Position numbers and translations under genes: made by a program. The notes beneath the pieces are model-generated. The model had not been told where the DNA came from. It saw nothing but the letters and a program-made list of their open reading frames with translations, and did no database searches. Positions 8,718 through 18,173 of a stretch of 59,245 nucleotides of DNA are shown here, in pieces. The stretch is from Planctomycetota bacterium. Its GTDB lineage: Bacteria; Planctomycetota; Phycisphaerae; Phycisphaerales; SM1A02. Location of the stretch: NCBI GenBank assembly GCA_036339395.1, contig JAYZBD010000099.1, positions 1 through 59,245 on the forward strand, written 5' to 3'. Numbering within the stretch: position 1 is the first letter of the stretch; every line of letters begins with the position of its first letter.

Positions 8718-10754
8718 ATGCTCGTTGTCCTGCATGCCAACTGGTACCAAGGGTCATTGCATCTCTGGGGAGAGTCTGCCCGGAAGTTCGTTCTTCTTCC
8801 GGATCGGGATACACCTGTTCGTGACTCGAAGGGTGGCGCATCCGGAAGACCAACCCGGGCAGAAGCCATTGATCGCATCACTGACCTGTCGGTTCACCCC
8901 TATGCAACTACGGGAATCGAACTGGATGGTCTTCTGCGTGAAGAGTGTGGCATCAGCGATGGAATGCTCGGGGATGTCGGTACGATCAAACTTCGTCTGC
9001 CTCGTGATCTCCTCGGTCCCTGGCCAAGTGATCGGCTTGCCAGTGCAGTTGGTGGCATCGAGGCACGCCAGGATACGTGGCTTGGTCCATTCGCCGTGCC
9101 GACCATTCGACTCGCTCCTGAAGATCTGCTTGGAAACCTCCTTGAGTTCAACGATGTCATTTCCGGCAAGGGCATGGAACATGGCCATTCGATCAACTGG
9201 TTCACCTCGGTTGCTCGATTCGTACTTGAATTGATGGCGGATCAGCGTTTCATTCCCTCCATGCACAGGCATGACGATGGTGTGCTCCAGGGACTCTGGC
9301 GACCATGGCTGCTTGACGAGGAGATCGCCGAACACCTGTCTGGATTCATGAGAGGAATGCCGCCGGTTCTCAGGGCCGTTGTCGGGGGAGAGGATGATCC
9401 CTGGTCGCTGCTCGAGTCGGTAACAGGGACCCTCGTCGAACTGACAGTCCGTCAACTGCTCGTTGAAGACGACTTTGCCGACTCACTTGACGACCGGAAC
9501 CTGGATGATCCCCACGTGGCATGGCTGCACGGACTCCTCAAGACCGAGAACGATCTTCCAGTCAACGGGGAATTCGGTCATTCCCTGTTCCTTGATGTAC
9601 GACGCTGGATTGGTCGACTGGATGAAGTTGATCGAAACAGGGCGCTGCGGGGATACCTGTCCCTGGAAGCTCCACCGGCAGAAGACCCCGAGGTTCCGAA
9701 GACCTGGCATCTCCTGCTTGGACTTGAAACGAACGAATCTCCCCCTGATCACATCCTCGCCGAGGAAATCTGGCAGCAGACTCGTGATGCCAAGCGATTC
9801 AGCGGCTCGGACGATCTCGACCCGCAGGAAACACTGATCGCCGAACTGGGACGTGCCGCAAGGATCTATCCGAAGCTCGAGCCGCTCCTCAATGAACGAA
9901 CACCAAGTTGCCTGGAGTTGACGACCCAGGAGGCGAGCGCATTCCTGGGCGAAATACATTCCCTGCTCGAGGAATCCGGGTTTGGAGTCGGCGTTCCCGA
10001 ATGGTGGGGCTCTGAAGATCACCGGGTCGGACTGCGACTGTTGATTGATACTCCAGAACTCGAGGATCTCGATGGACCGGGCAGCGGCATCGCCGGCCTG
10101 GACAGCCAGGTCCAGTACAGGTGGCAGGTTACGGTTGGTCGAACACCGTTGTCGATCGAGCAGTTGCAGATGCTTGCGAAACAGGATTCATCCATCGTGT
10201 CCCTGGACGGTAAATGGGTACAGGTCGACCAGGCACAGGTCAGGAAGGCACTGGAGTTCTTTGCCAGACATGAAGACGACTCGATGTCCCTGGTTGAAGC
10301 AATGCGACTTGCCGCAGGTGATTCCGACCACGAAACAGGGCTGCCCATCTGGGGTCTTGATGCAACAGGTTGGGCATCGCAATTGCTGTCTCCCCTTGAA
10401 GGCGAATCGAGTTTCGAGGAGGTTGCCCAGCCTTCCCGGTTCAGCGGTACGCTCCGCCCATACCAGGTTACTGGTCTCAGTTGGCTCCGGTTCCTTGACC
10501 GGTTCGGTCTTGGCGCCTGCCTTGCAGATGACATGGGGCTCGGGAAGACGGTTCAACTCATCGCCCTCCTCCAGGAGGAACGGGAGGACTTGGAGGAGGA
10601 CCATGCGCTTCCACCGACGCTGCTGGTGGTTCCGACTTCAGTGATGGAGAACTGGTCTCGCGAATTGAAACGGTTCTCCCCGGAGTTGAGGTCGCACATC
10701 CACCACGGCCCGTCGCGTACATCCGGGAGTGAATTTGCTGAAATTGCCGTTTAG
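8718..10754 (+). CDS. SNF2/RapA-family helicase, N-terminal part (SNF2-associated N-domain plus ATPase motif I); ends at an in-frame TAG
   Basis: LRPYQVTGLSWLRFL...LADDMGLGKTVQLIALL (motif I). TAG at 10752-10754. The downstream ORF is in the same frame. Confidence 0.85.
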   Translation: MLVVLHANWYQGSLHLWGESARKFVLLPDRDTPVRDSKGGASGRPTRAEAIDRITDLSVHPYATTGIELDGLLREECGISDGMLGDVGTIKLRLPRDLLGPWPSDRLASAVGGIEARQDTWLGPFAVPTIRLAPEDLLGNLLEFNDVISGKGMEHGHSINWFTSVARFVLELMADQRFIPSMHRHDDGVLQGLWRPWLLDEEIAEHLSGFMRGMPPVLRAVVGGEDDPWSLLESVTGTLVELTVRQLLVEDDFADSLDDRNLDDPHVAWLHGLLKTENDLPVNGEFGHSLFLDVRRWIGRLDEVDRNRALRGYLSLEAPPAEDPEVPKTWHLLLGLETNESPPDHILAEEIWQQTRDAKRFSGSDDLDPQETLIAELGRAARIYPKLEPLLNERTPSCLELTTQEASAFLGEIHSLLEESGFGVGVPEWWGSEDHRVGLRLLIDTPELEDLDGPGSGIAGLDSQVQYRWQVTVGRTPLSIEQLQMLAKQDSSIVSLDGKWVQVDQAQVRKALEFFARHEDDSMSLVEAMRLAAGDSDHETGLPIWGLDATGWASQLLSPLEGESSFEEVAQPSRFSGTLRPYQVTGLSWLRFLDRFGLGACLADDMGLGKTVQLIALLQEEREDLEEDHALPPTLLVVPTSVMENWSRELKRFSPELRSHIHHGPSRTSGSEFAEIAV

Positions 10755-10814
10755 AATGATGTCGTCATCACGACCTATGCCCTTGTTGTCCGTGATCTTG
10801 AATCGATCCAGGAA

Positions 10815-11936
10815 GTGGCATGGCACAGGGTCGTCCTTGATGAAGCCCAGTACATCAAGAACCCCCCTACGAAGCAGACTGCAGCCATCCGCTCCATCAA
10901 GACTTCAAGGCGGATTGCTCTTACCGGTACGCCGGTCGAGAACCGGTTGACGGAACTCTGGTCCATCATGGAGTTCTGCAATCCAGGGTACCTGGGAGAA
11001 TCGAGTGATTTCCGGAGGCGATATGCACGCCCCATCGAGCGTCATCGAGACAGCCGCCAGGCCGATCAGCTGCGGAGGCTCGTACAGCCCTTCATCCTTC
11101 GCAGGCTGAAGACCGACAGGAACGTGATCTCCGATCTCCCGGATTGCTTTGAAACGAAGGAGTACGCGACCCTGACAAGGGAACAGGCCACGCTCTACGA
11201 GGAGGTCGTGAATTCGATGATGGGGGATGTTGATCGGAGCAGCGGGATTCAACGTCGAGGCATCATCCTTGCGCTCCTTGGTCGACTGAAGCAGATCTGC
11301 AATCACCCTGCACAGATGAGCGAGAAGGAGGAGTTGAATCGACTGGTCGCCCCGGATGGGTCGGATGTGCGACAGCTTTCAAGTCGTTCCGGCAAGGCGC
11401 GTCGACTCATGAGGTTGCTTGAGGAGGTCGTTGCGACGGGTGAACAGGCTCTTGTCTTTACGCAGTATCGACGAATGGGGCAGCTTCTTTCGGGCATGAT
11501 TGAACATGATCTTGATTGCAAGACGCTCTTTCTCCATGGAGGCACCCCGGTTCCACGCCGTCAGAAGATGATTGATCAATTCCAGGAGGGCGACGGATCC
11601 GCGCCGGTCTTCGTACTTTCGTTGAAGGCCGGCGGCCTCGGCTTGAACCTGACTGCAGCGAACCACGTCTTCCACTTCGACCGTTGGTGGAATCCCGCGG
11701 TCGAGCGGCAGGCAACGGACAGGGCGTATCGAATCGGACAGTCGCGAGCGGTCCACGTTCACAAATTCGTCTGTCTTGGAACCCTCGAAGAGCGGATCGA
11801 TGAGATGATCGAGGAGAAGACCGCTCTTGCTGAGAACATCATCGGTGCAGGTGATGCATGGCTGACCGAGATGTCGACTACGCAGTTGCGTGAGATACTG
11901 ACCTTGCAGAACTCGGCCGTGGAGATTGAAGCGTGA
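10815..11936 (+). CDS. SNF2/RapA-family helicase, C-terminal part (motif II to helicase-C); same frame as 8718-10754
   Basis: The frame is open from 10755 (NDVVITTYALVVRDLESIQEVAWHRVVLDEAQYIKN). Also LTGTPVENRL, LSLKAGGLGLNLTAANHVFHFDRWWNPAVERQATDRAYRIGQ. Confidence 0.85.
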   Translation: MAWHRVVLDEAQYIKNPPTKQTAAIRSIKTSRRIALTGTPVENRLTELWSIMEFCNPGYLGESSDFRRRYARPIERHRDSRQADQLRRLVQPFILRRLKTDRNVISDLPDCFETKEYATLTREQATLYEEVVNSMMGDVDRSSGIQRRGIILALLGRLKQICNHPAQMSEKEELNRLVAPDGSDVRQLSSRSGKARRLMRLLEEVVATGEQALVFTQYRRMGQLLSGMIEHDLDCKTLFLHGGTPVPRRQKMIDQFQEGDGSAPVFVLSLKAGGLGLNLTAANHVFHFDRWWNPAVERQATDRAYRIGQSRAVHVHKFVCLGTLEERIDEMIEEKTALAENIIGAGDAWLTEMSTTQLREILTLQNSAVEIEA

Positions 11937-12829
11937 CACGCATGGATCGAAAGACACCCGGACATGACTCGACGGACACCCCTCGTCCCCAGCGTCGTAC
12001 AGGTCGCGGGGGGAAGCTTCGCCTTGAGCCGGAGGTCATGCAGTCACATCCGGTTGCAGGGGCCTGGCTGGAGTCGGTACGGTCCTCCATCGGGGATGCC
12101 AACTTCGAGTGGGGCCTGAAGACGGCACGCTCGGGTCGGGTGCGGGTTCTTGAGATAGGCCCGGGACTGGTTTCAGCCAATGTCAGCGAAGAAGGTGGGG
12201 GTGGCAAGCGTGTCATCATCACCGTTCCAATGCTGACGGAGATTGCATGGAACAGGCTTGAGGAACGGATGGCGGATGAAGCGGTCTGGACCGCAAGGCT
12301 CAGCGAAGGGGAATGCCCCGAGAACCTGACCCAGTTGTTCATCGACTGCGGCGTCACACTTGCTCCCTCGCCGGAAGAATCACTGAGTTGCAGGATGAAC
12401 GGCCCGGCCGATTCAGGTCAGCGTCGAGCTGGTGCAGTCGCCTGGTTGGCTGCAGAACGTTTTACGCTCGAGCCATTGTCCATGCTTGAAGTGCGAGGAC
12501 GATCCGTGCCTCACATCGTCGAGCGGATACGAAGACATCGAGCGTTGGATCTGTCCGGTGGGGCACACGCACACCCGGATCCGCCCATCCCGTTTGATGC
12601 CGAGTTGGAAGAGTCGTTGAATGACTCCGTCGATCATTTCTGGCGATCCAGGTTCGAGTTCAACCAGTCGCTGACACGATCACCCGCTCAGCACATTCCA
12701 CATGCTCTCCTGCGTCGACTCGGCCCCAGCACGATGGAGGGAAAGTTTCCTCTTTCCGGCCTCCTTGCGACGATCTATGACCACGTCAGCGAGCAGTCCC
12801 GTGCCATGCTGGACGAAGGCACGGGCTGA
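11933..12829 (+). CDS. SWIM-zinc-finger-family-like protein (helicase-associated), zinc ligands apparently lost
   Basis: GTG at 11933 overlaps the SNF2 stop (GTGA); alternative ATG at 11942. The layout RSGRVRVLEIGPGLVSANV...VIITVP...W..L...ARLSEGECPENLTQLF matches bacterial SWIM partners of SNF2 helicases. The expected CxC...CxH position reads LSCRMNGPADSGQRRAGAVAWL. Confidence 0.65.
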   Translation: MTRMDRKTPGHDSTDTPRPQRRTGRGGKLRLEPEVMQSHPVAGAWLESVRSSIGDANFEWGLKTARSGRVRVLEIGPGLVSANVSEEGGGGKRVIITVPMLTEIAWNRLEERMADEAVWTARLSEGECPENLTQLFIDCGVTLAPSPEESLSCRMNGPADSGQRRAGAVAWLAAERFTLEPLSMLEVRGRSVPHIVERIRRHRALDLSGGAHAHPDPPIPFDAELEESLNDSVDHFWRSRFEFNQSLTRSPAQHIPHALLRRLGPSTMEGKFPLSGLLATIYDHVSEQSRAMLDEGTG

Positions 12830-13003
12830 ACCCCTGTTTCAGGCTTGCAATGCGTTTCCACCTGGTCCACCTGTGCGGGTTGCTCCGTCTCCAGGAGTAC
12901 CCCTGGCGGTGGGGAACAGTGAATTCGACCAAACTGGCCTCTCAACCAGTCCGATACGGTTCGTGGACACGGAACAGGATTCAGACAGGGGGATATTCAA
13001 TCC

Positions 13004-13285
13004 ATGAACCATCACACCAGCAACTCCGATGAAATTCGACCAATGCTCCGGGCCATCGAGGCTCGAATCCAGGAGGCCAGGGATCGTCGAATGGGTGAGA
13101 AGAAATTGCCGGGCATGCCGTTGTTTGCCCCACCCAGGCAGCATGCTGCAACCGATCACGGGCAGACAGGAATTGAACCGGCCTCGGTCGACTCCGACTC
13201 GCCTTTGAAGGCGAAGAGAAAGTCGGCAAGCAGCTTTACGACCCCGATGCCGACCAGGAATATCTGGGATCGCCGGGTGGGTTGA
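13004..13285 (+). CDS. Hypothetical small protein (93 aa)
   Basis: ATG preceded by AGGGGGA about 13 nt upstream. No motif recognised. Ends 36 nt before a strong hairpin. Confidence 0.3.
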   Translation: MNHHTSNSDEIRPMLRAIEARIQEARDRRMGEKKLPGMPLFAPPRQHAATDHGQTGIEPASVDSDSPLKAKRKSASSFTTPMPTRNIWDRRVG

Positions 13286-13320
13286 AACTGCCGATCACGC
13301 AGTCTCACTGCAGACGAACA

Positions 13321-13360
13321 TGAACAACAGGCGTCCGCTCGTGCGGACGCCTGTTGTTCA
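13321..13360. terminator. Perfect 18-bp stem / 4-nt loop hairpin between convergent genes
   Basis: tgaacaacaggcgtccgc tcgt gcggacgcctgttgttca. Located 22 nt beyond the rplS stop. Confidence 0.6.
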
Positions 13361-13381
13361 TGGATCTCGAAATGTCGTCGA

Positions 13382-13759
13382 TCAGGAAACGTGCTTCATG
13401 CCGCGTCGCTGATCACGAAGCCTCCGACTCTTGCCAACGCGCTTGCGGAGGAAGTAGAGTTTCGCACGACGTGCATCGCCTCGCCGCACGACCTCGATCT
13501 TGGCGATGCGAGGCGAATTCAGTGGGAAGATGCGTTCAACACCTTCGTTGGCAACGATGCGACGGACGGTGATGGTTTCGTTGACGCCCCGGCCGTTCCT
13601 GGCGATGAGAACACCCTGGTAGACCTGGATGCGTTCTTTTTCACCTTCGATGATCCTCACGTGGACATCGAGCGTGTCGCCGATGCTGAAGACCGGGTAC
13701 TGGTCATCGTTCTTGACCTGTTCTGCGGTCACGGATTCGATAGTTTCTTGCCTGCTCAT
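13382..13759 (-). CDS. rplS: 50S ribosomal protein L19
   Basis: [47 protein letters not shown]...[23 protein letters not shown] at 13759. Confidence 0.95.
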   Translation of the reverse strand: MSRQETIESVTAEQVKNDDQYPVFSIGDTLDVHVRIIEGEKERIQVYQGVLIARNGRGVNETITVRRIVANEGVERIFPLNSPRIAKIEVVRRGDARRAKLYFLRKRVGKSRRLRDQRRGMKHVS

Positions 13760-13809
13760 GCTTCTTCTCCGGGGCGTGTGCCCCTCTGGTACAAGCCTTG
13801 CTCCGGTGG

Positions 13810-14541
13810 TCAGTTGTTGCACTGCTCCAGCAGATCAGGGCGTCTTGATCGAGTTCGTTTCATCATCTGGTCTCGCCGCCATGTCGCGACGGCTTCATGG
13901 TTTCCACTCAGGAGCACCTCTGGTACGGCCTGGTTTCGCCAGGTGCGTGGACGTGTGTAGTGGGGCGCCTCGAGCAGTCGTTCCCGGTTCTCACCGAGTG
14001 CACAGAATGAATCCTCGGAAGCTGAATCCTCGTGGCCGAGGACTCCTTCCTGGAGTCTCGTGACTGCATCAATCAGGAGCATGGATGGAAGCTCGCCGCC
14101 AGTGAGTACGTAGTCTCCTACGCTGATCTCAAGAGGATCAAGTTCCATGATGACCCGTTCGTCTATCCCTTCGTAATGTCCGGCGATCAGCATCAGTCGC
14201 TCTTCGCGGGAAAGTTCCTCGACCAGTTCCTGGTCAAGTCGTCTGCCCTGTGGCGTAAAGAGAATCCTGCGACACGGGGTCGGCACGATCGCCTCGACCT
14301 CCTGGACGGCATCCCAGAGTGGCTGGCACATGATGACCATGCCCGGGCCTCCACCGAACGGCCGGTCATCGACCTTTTCATGCTTGTTGTCGGCCCAGTC
14401 CCTGATGTCGTGCACATGGCACTCCACGTGACCACCCGCAGCGGCACGAGCCTGGATGCTCGCGTCGAGTACGCCCGGGAACATGTCGGGAAACAGGGTG
14501 AGGACATCGATGCGCATGGTATGAGTGCCTGCCTTGGTCAT
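13810..14541 (-). CDS. trmD: tRNA (guanine37-N1)-methyltransferase
   Basis: [13 protein letters not shown]..., [35 protein letters not shown]. The start overlaps the rpsP stop (ATGA); alternative start at 14517. Confidence 0.93.
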   Translation of the reverse strand: MTKAGTHTMRIDVLTLFPDMFPGVLDASIQARAAAGGHVECHVHDIRDWADNKHEKVDDRPFGGGPGMVIMCQPLWDAVQEVEAIVPTPCRRILFTPQGRRLDQELVEELSREERLMLIAGHYEGIDERVIMELDPLEISVGDYVLTGGELPSMLLIDAVTRLQEGVLGHEDSASEDSFCALGENRERLLEAPHYTRPRTWRNQAVPEVLLSGNHEAVATWRRDQMMKRTRSRRPDLLEQCNN

Positions 14542-14819
14542 TGACCCGTCGTTGATTCGAGTTTCTTTCCTGGAGTGGGGTCGATCCCGGCTCGTTTCAG
14601 CAGTGACCGAACGGTGTCGGACGGCTGGGCACCGACACTCAACCAGTAGTCGATGCGGTCATTCTTGAGACTGTGCTGCTGGTCTTCAGATGCCTTGGGA
14701 TCGAACCAGCCGAGTTCTTCGATGACTCGACCATTGCGCGGAGAGCGCTTGTCCATGGCATTCACACGGTAGAAGGGACTGTGTCGTCGTCCCATACGCT
14801 TGAGGCGCAATACGACCAT
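14538..14819 (-). CDS. rpsP: 30S ribosomal protein S16
   Basis: MVVLRLKRMGRRHSPFYRVNAMDKRSPRNGRVIEELGWFDP. ATG at 14819. The 263-aa track ORF is an upstream read-through artefact. Confidence 0.93.
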   Translation of the reverse strand: MVVLRLKRMGRRHSPFYRVNAMDKRSPRNGRVIEELGWFDPKASEDQQHSLKNDRIDYWLSVGAQPSDTVRSLLKRAGIDPTPGKKLESTTGQ

Positions 14820-14963
14820 TGTTCGGCCTGCTCCTTGTTGGCACCCGATTCGGGAAGTTTCGACGCGTGTCGAATGCTCCACGGCACCCCGGGAAGTCGC
14901 TCGCAAGCCGATGAGGAGGAGCGACCCGTGGGGATGATGCTTCGTCGGGTGGACGAATCGGAG

Positions 14964-14992
14964 ATTGTAGTGAAGACCACCTGGTGGCTCAA
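14964..14992 (-). promoter_or_regulatory. Candidate sigma-70-type promoter for rpsP-trmD-rplS
   Basis: Minus strand reads TTGAGC - 17 nt - TACAAT, about 145 nt upstream of the rpsP ATG. Confidence 0.35.
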
Positions 14993-15034
14993 GGGAAGTT
15001 GTCCATGAGGGCTGCATGGGGCCACCAAGCCCCA

Positions 15035-15709
15035 TCAGGCAGCTGGAGTTCCCCCGACAAGCCGGGCAACGAGGCTGGACCACCAGAACGCTGCATCCTT
15101 GGAGCCGGCGAAGAGGAAGTCCGCGGCGCCGAAGAAGAAGATCATGATCAAGAGGGCGAATGCTGCCATCTGGGATATGCGCTGCCTGTAGAACTCGCGG
15201 GCCTGGGGAGAAACAGCGGCGAGGATGCGGGAACCGTCCAGGGGTGGAATTGGAAGCATGTTCAGGACGAACAGGATCACATTCAGGAAGCCGCCGACGA
15301 AGAGAAACAGGCTTACCGACTTCATCCACTGGATGGACATGTCGCCCATGGCGGACAACACGCCCAGCAGCGTGAGCGTGATGAAGGCAAGTCCCAGGTT
15401 CATCATTGGACCAGCGAGGGCGACGATTGCATCGCCGAGTCGACCATGCCGGAATCGATCCGGGCGGACCGGCATCATGCCCCAGGCGATGCCGATCAAT
15501 GCAAAGATGATGAGTGATGTCTGCCCCATCTGCACCAGGGGATTTGCAGTCAAGCGGTTCAAGTCTCGGGGCGTAGTATCACCCTCCCAGAGGGCCGCCC
15601 AGCCATGGGCAAGTTCGTGCAGGGTGATCGAGAACAGGACCCAGAAGATCCAACTGACCAGGTAGATGGCTCCACCCTGTTCCCAGGCTGCATGTACCCA
15701 CCAGTTCAT
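15035..15709 (-). CDS. Peptidase M50 / site-2-protease-family integral membrane metalloprotease
   Basis: HELAHG zinc motif in the first TM region. Multiple TM helices. PIPPLDGSRIL motif. Confidence 0.8.
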   Translation of the reverse strand: MNWWVHAAWEQGGAIYLVSWIFWVLFSITLHELAHGWAALWEGDTTPRDLNRLTANPLVQMGQTSLIIFALIGIAWGMMPVRPDRFRHGRLGDAIVALAGPMMNLGLAFITLTLLGVLSAMGDMSIQWMKSVSLFLFVGGFLNVILFVLNMLPIPPLDGSRILAAVSPQAREFYRQRISQMAAFALLIMIFFFGAADFLFAGSKDAAFWWSSLVARLVGGTPAA

Positions 15710-16101
15710 CGATTCAACCTTTGTGCCAATGCGATCTGGATGTCACTGCTTGATGGAACGTGGTCGTATAAGCGGCAGGAGAAGCCGGGTGCATCAGCAG
15801 GAGGCATGCCGAAGAGATCGCGACTGTCAACCAGGATCGTCGGTGATCCCCATCGCAATCGATCATCCATCGGGTCGAGGTCGCCCATGTCAACCTCGGA
15901 ATACGTGAACGGGGATTGTTCAGCTGCATCCATCACCACCTTGAGGTTCATGCGAACTTCATTACTCGTTGGACATCCATTGAAGTACAGCAGGACGAGG
16001 GCGGGGCTTTCATCAGCTTGGTGCATCGAACTGCTCGAACAGGAGGACACCATGAACAGTGCAGCCAGTGCTGCTGCAAAGGGTTTCCGGCTGGAACTCA
16101 T
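15706..16101 (-). CDS. Hypothetical lipoprotein, possibly thioredoxin-like fold
   Basis: Lipobox LFMVSSC. LLYFNGCPTS...WGSPTILVDSRDLFG resembles small thioredoxin-fold proteins. Both ends overlap neighbours by 4 nt. Confidence 0.55.
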   Translation of the reverse strand: MSSSRKPFAAALAALFMVSSCSSSSMHQADESPALVLLYFNGCPTSNEVRMNLKVVMDAAEQSPFTYSEVDMGDLDPMDDRLRWGSPTILVDSRDLFGMPPADAPGFSCRLYDHVPSSSDIQIALAQRLNR

Positions 16102-17237
16102 GCCGCCCCGGCCTTGTCCTTCAGTTCCGACCCGTACCCCAGTTGCACGAGGTGAGCCATCGGGCCATGGGGTTTCCCTTCCTCGTCCTTCAATCGGCTC
16201 TGTGCAGCGGGGTTTGCGTACCGATTGAAGAGGAGTGCCTTGATGTTGCCCATGATCCCTCCGAACGAACTGAAGGTGTGATCGACGGCGGTCGGCTCAT
16301 AGCCGCAGTGCACCATGCAGTCCTGGCATTGCGGGTTTCCTGAAGCTCGTCCGTACTCATCCCAGTCGACCGTATCAATCAGTTCCTGGAATGTGTCGAC
16401 GTATCCTTCCTGGAGCAGGTAGCAGGGGCGCTGCCATCCGAAGATGTTGTACGTCGGGTTGCCCCATGGCGTGCACTCGTACTCCCTGTCACCCATGAGG
16501 AACTCGAGGAAGAGTGGTGACTGGTTGAACTTCCAGCGTTTCTTCCTGTTTGACAGGATCATCTCGAAAAGGTTGTTCGTTGTTCTGCGGTGCAGGAAGT
16601 TGGACTGGTCCGGCGCCTTGTCGTAGGCATAGCCGGGGCTGACCATCATTCCCTCTACCCCGACATCCATCATCTCGTCGAAGAATCCACGCACGGCATT
16701 TGGATCGGTTCCTTCGAACAGCGTCGTGTTCGTCGTGACGCGGAATCCCATGTCGACCGCCCTGCGAATTCCCACGATGGCCTTGTCAAACGTGCCTTCG
16801 CGGCAGACGGCGAAGTCATGCTCATCACGCCGTCCATCCATGTGCACGGAGAAGGAGAGGTACTTGCTCGGGGTGAACCAGCCTTCCTTGAGTTTCTCCT
16901 CGAGAAGAATCGCATTCGTACACAGGTAGATGTACTTTCGTCGCTTGACGAGTTCGTCGACGAGTTCACGTATGTGCGGGTAGAGAAGGGGTTCACCGCC
17001 TGGTATGGAGACCATCGGGGCGCCGCATTCGTCAACCGCTCGGAGCGCATCCTCGAGGGGGAGGTCCCTCTTGAGAATGTGGGCCGGGTACTGGATCTTG
17101 CCGCAACCGGCACACGCCAGGTTGCATCGGAAGAGTGGTTCGAGCATCAGGACGAGTGGATACCGCTTGCGGCGGCGCAGTTTCTGTCCAATGACATAAC
17201 TGGCCACGGTCCACATTTGAGAGATTGGTACGCCCAT
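16098..17237 (-). CDS. hpnH: Adenosylhopane synthase, hopanoid-biosynthesis radical SAM protein
   Basis: KRYPLVLMLEPLFRCNLACAGCGKIQYP...ECGAPMVSIPGGEPLLYP...CTPWGNPTYNIFGWQRPCYLL...CQDCMVHCGYEPTAV. ATG at 17237 gives 379 aa. Confidence 0.9.
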   Translation of the reverse strand: MGVPISQMWTVASYVIGQKLRRRKRYPLVLMLEPLFRCNLACAGCGKIQYPAHILKRDLPLEDALRAVDECGAPMVSIPGGEPLLYPHIRELVDELVKRRKYIYLCTNAILLEEKLKEGWFTPSKYLSFSVHMDGRRDEHDFAVCREGTFDKAIVGIRRAVDMGFRVTTNTTLFEGTDPNAVRGFFDEMMDVGVEGMMVSPGYAYDKAPDQSNFLHRRTTNNLFEMILSNRKKRWKFNQSPLFLEFLMGDREYECTPWGNPTYNIFGWQRPCYLLQEGYVDTFQELIDTVDWDEYGRASGNPQCQDCMVHCGYEPTAVDHTFSSFGGIMGNIKALLFNRYANPAAQSRLKDEEGKPHGPMAHLVQLGYGSELKDKAGAA

Positions 17238-17516
17238 TGGATCCTCTCCAAACCTCTTCAGAGGCCGAATACAAGGCGAGCATCCTATCAGGGCTGGCTT
17301 CAAAAACGCCGCTGAGGGTCCGGAAATGTGGAAGGGGGAGAGGCGACTGCGAAAAAATTCACAGACTCCGCCTCCTTGCCGAACATGGCAGGTGGAAGGG
17401 CTGTATGGAGTGCTGTGAGCACCCTTGATGCATCCATGGCGATCCCCTTGCACCGGCATCCACTGCTGAAGCCCTCGGGTATCATCCGCCGACCGTGGTG
17501 TCATGGCCGAAAGGCG

Positions 17517-18173
17517 ATGACCTCAAGCAGTTCGGAAATACGCCACCAGGAAGCGTCAACGGAGGGCATGTTGGATCATCAGACCGATGAAGCTCTTCTC
17601 GGGGCCTACAGGGAGGGTGACCGCGAAGCATTCAGCGTGCTCGTGGAACGCTATTCCAATGAACTGGTCCAGTTCCTGACAAAGCAGACCGGTTCACGGG
17701 CTGCCGCCGAAGATGTGTTCCAGGAGACCTTCCTTCAGGTTCACAATTCCGCATCCACATTCGACCTTGACCGGCGGTTCAAGCCCTGGCTCTACACCAT
17801 TGCAGTCAACAAGGGCCGGGACTGGCATCGTCGCAACGCACGTCGCAAGGCGATGTCACTGTCGGCGAATGTAGGCAAGGACGGTGATGGTCAGTCATTC
17901 GCCGACCTGATGCCAGCAGACATACCAGGGCCTTCCGAAGGGATGCAGGAGAGCGAGATGCGACAGCGAGTCAAGCATGTCGTGGACAGCCTCCCGGGCC
18001 ATTACAGGGAGATACTCCTCCTGAGTTACTTCCAGAAGATGAGTTATACCCAGATTGCCGAGACCCTCGAGATACCACTTGGGACAGTCAAGAGCAGGCT
18101 GCATTCAGCAGTTGCTGCCTTCGGTACGGGGTGGGACCAGGACAATACCGATACCGAGGAGAGAGAAGAATGA
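17517..18173 (+). CDS. ECF-type RNA polymerase sigma factor
   Basis: Region 2 (FSVLVERYSNELVQFL...AEDVFQETFLQVH) and region 4 (YREILLLSYFQKMSYTQIAETLEIPLGTVKSRLHSA). ATG at 17517. Confidence 0.85.
   Translation: MTSSSSEIRHQEASTEGMLDHQTDEALLGAYREGDREAFSVLVERYSNELVQFLTKQTGSRAAAEDVFQETFLQVHNSASTFDLDRRFKPWLYTIAVNKGRDWHRRNARRKAMSLSANVGKDGDGQSFADLMPADIPGPSEGMQESEMRQRVKHVVDSLPGHYREILLLSYFQKMSYTQIAETLEIPLGTVKSRLHSAVAAFGTGWDQDNTDTEEREE

Noticed and set aside
10752-10754. Pyrrolysine or genetic-code reassignment of TAG.
   Set aside because: TAG appears to terminate the amidase gene at its expected C-terminus. No pyl genes or suppressor tRNA are in the window. A single occurrence is more simply a nonsense mutation or a sequencing error.
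13382-14819. Absence of rimM from the rpsP-(rimM)-trmD-rplS cluster, with an rpsP/trmD ATGA overlap.
   Set aside because: This is real but unremarkable. rimM is frequently located elsewhere, and there is no sign of a deletion scar.
14820-15329. 170-codon N-terminal extension of the S16 ORF in the track (263 aa).
   Set aside because: S16 homology begins at MVVLRLKRMG (ATG 14819). The extension is Pro/Arg-rich, overlaps the M50 protease gene, and contains a good promoter-like TTGAGC-17-TACAAT.
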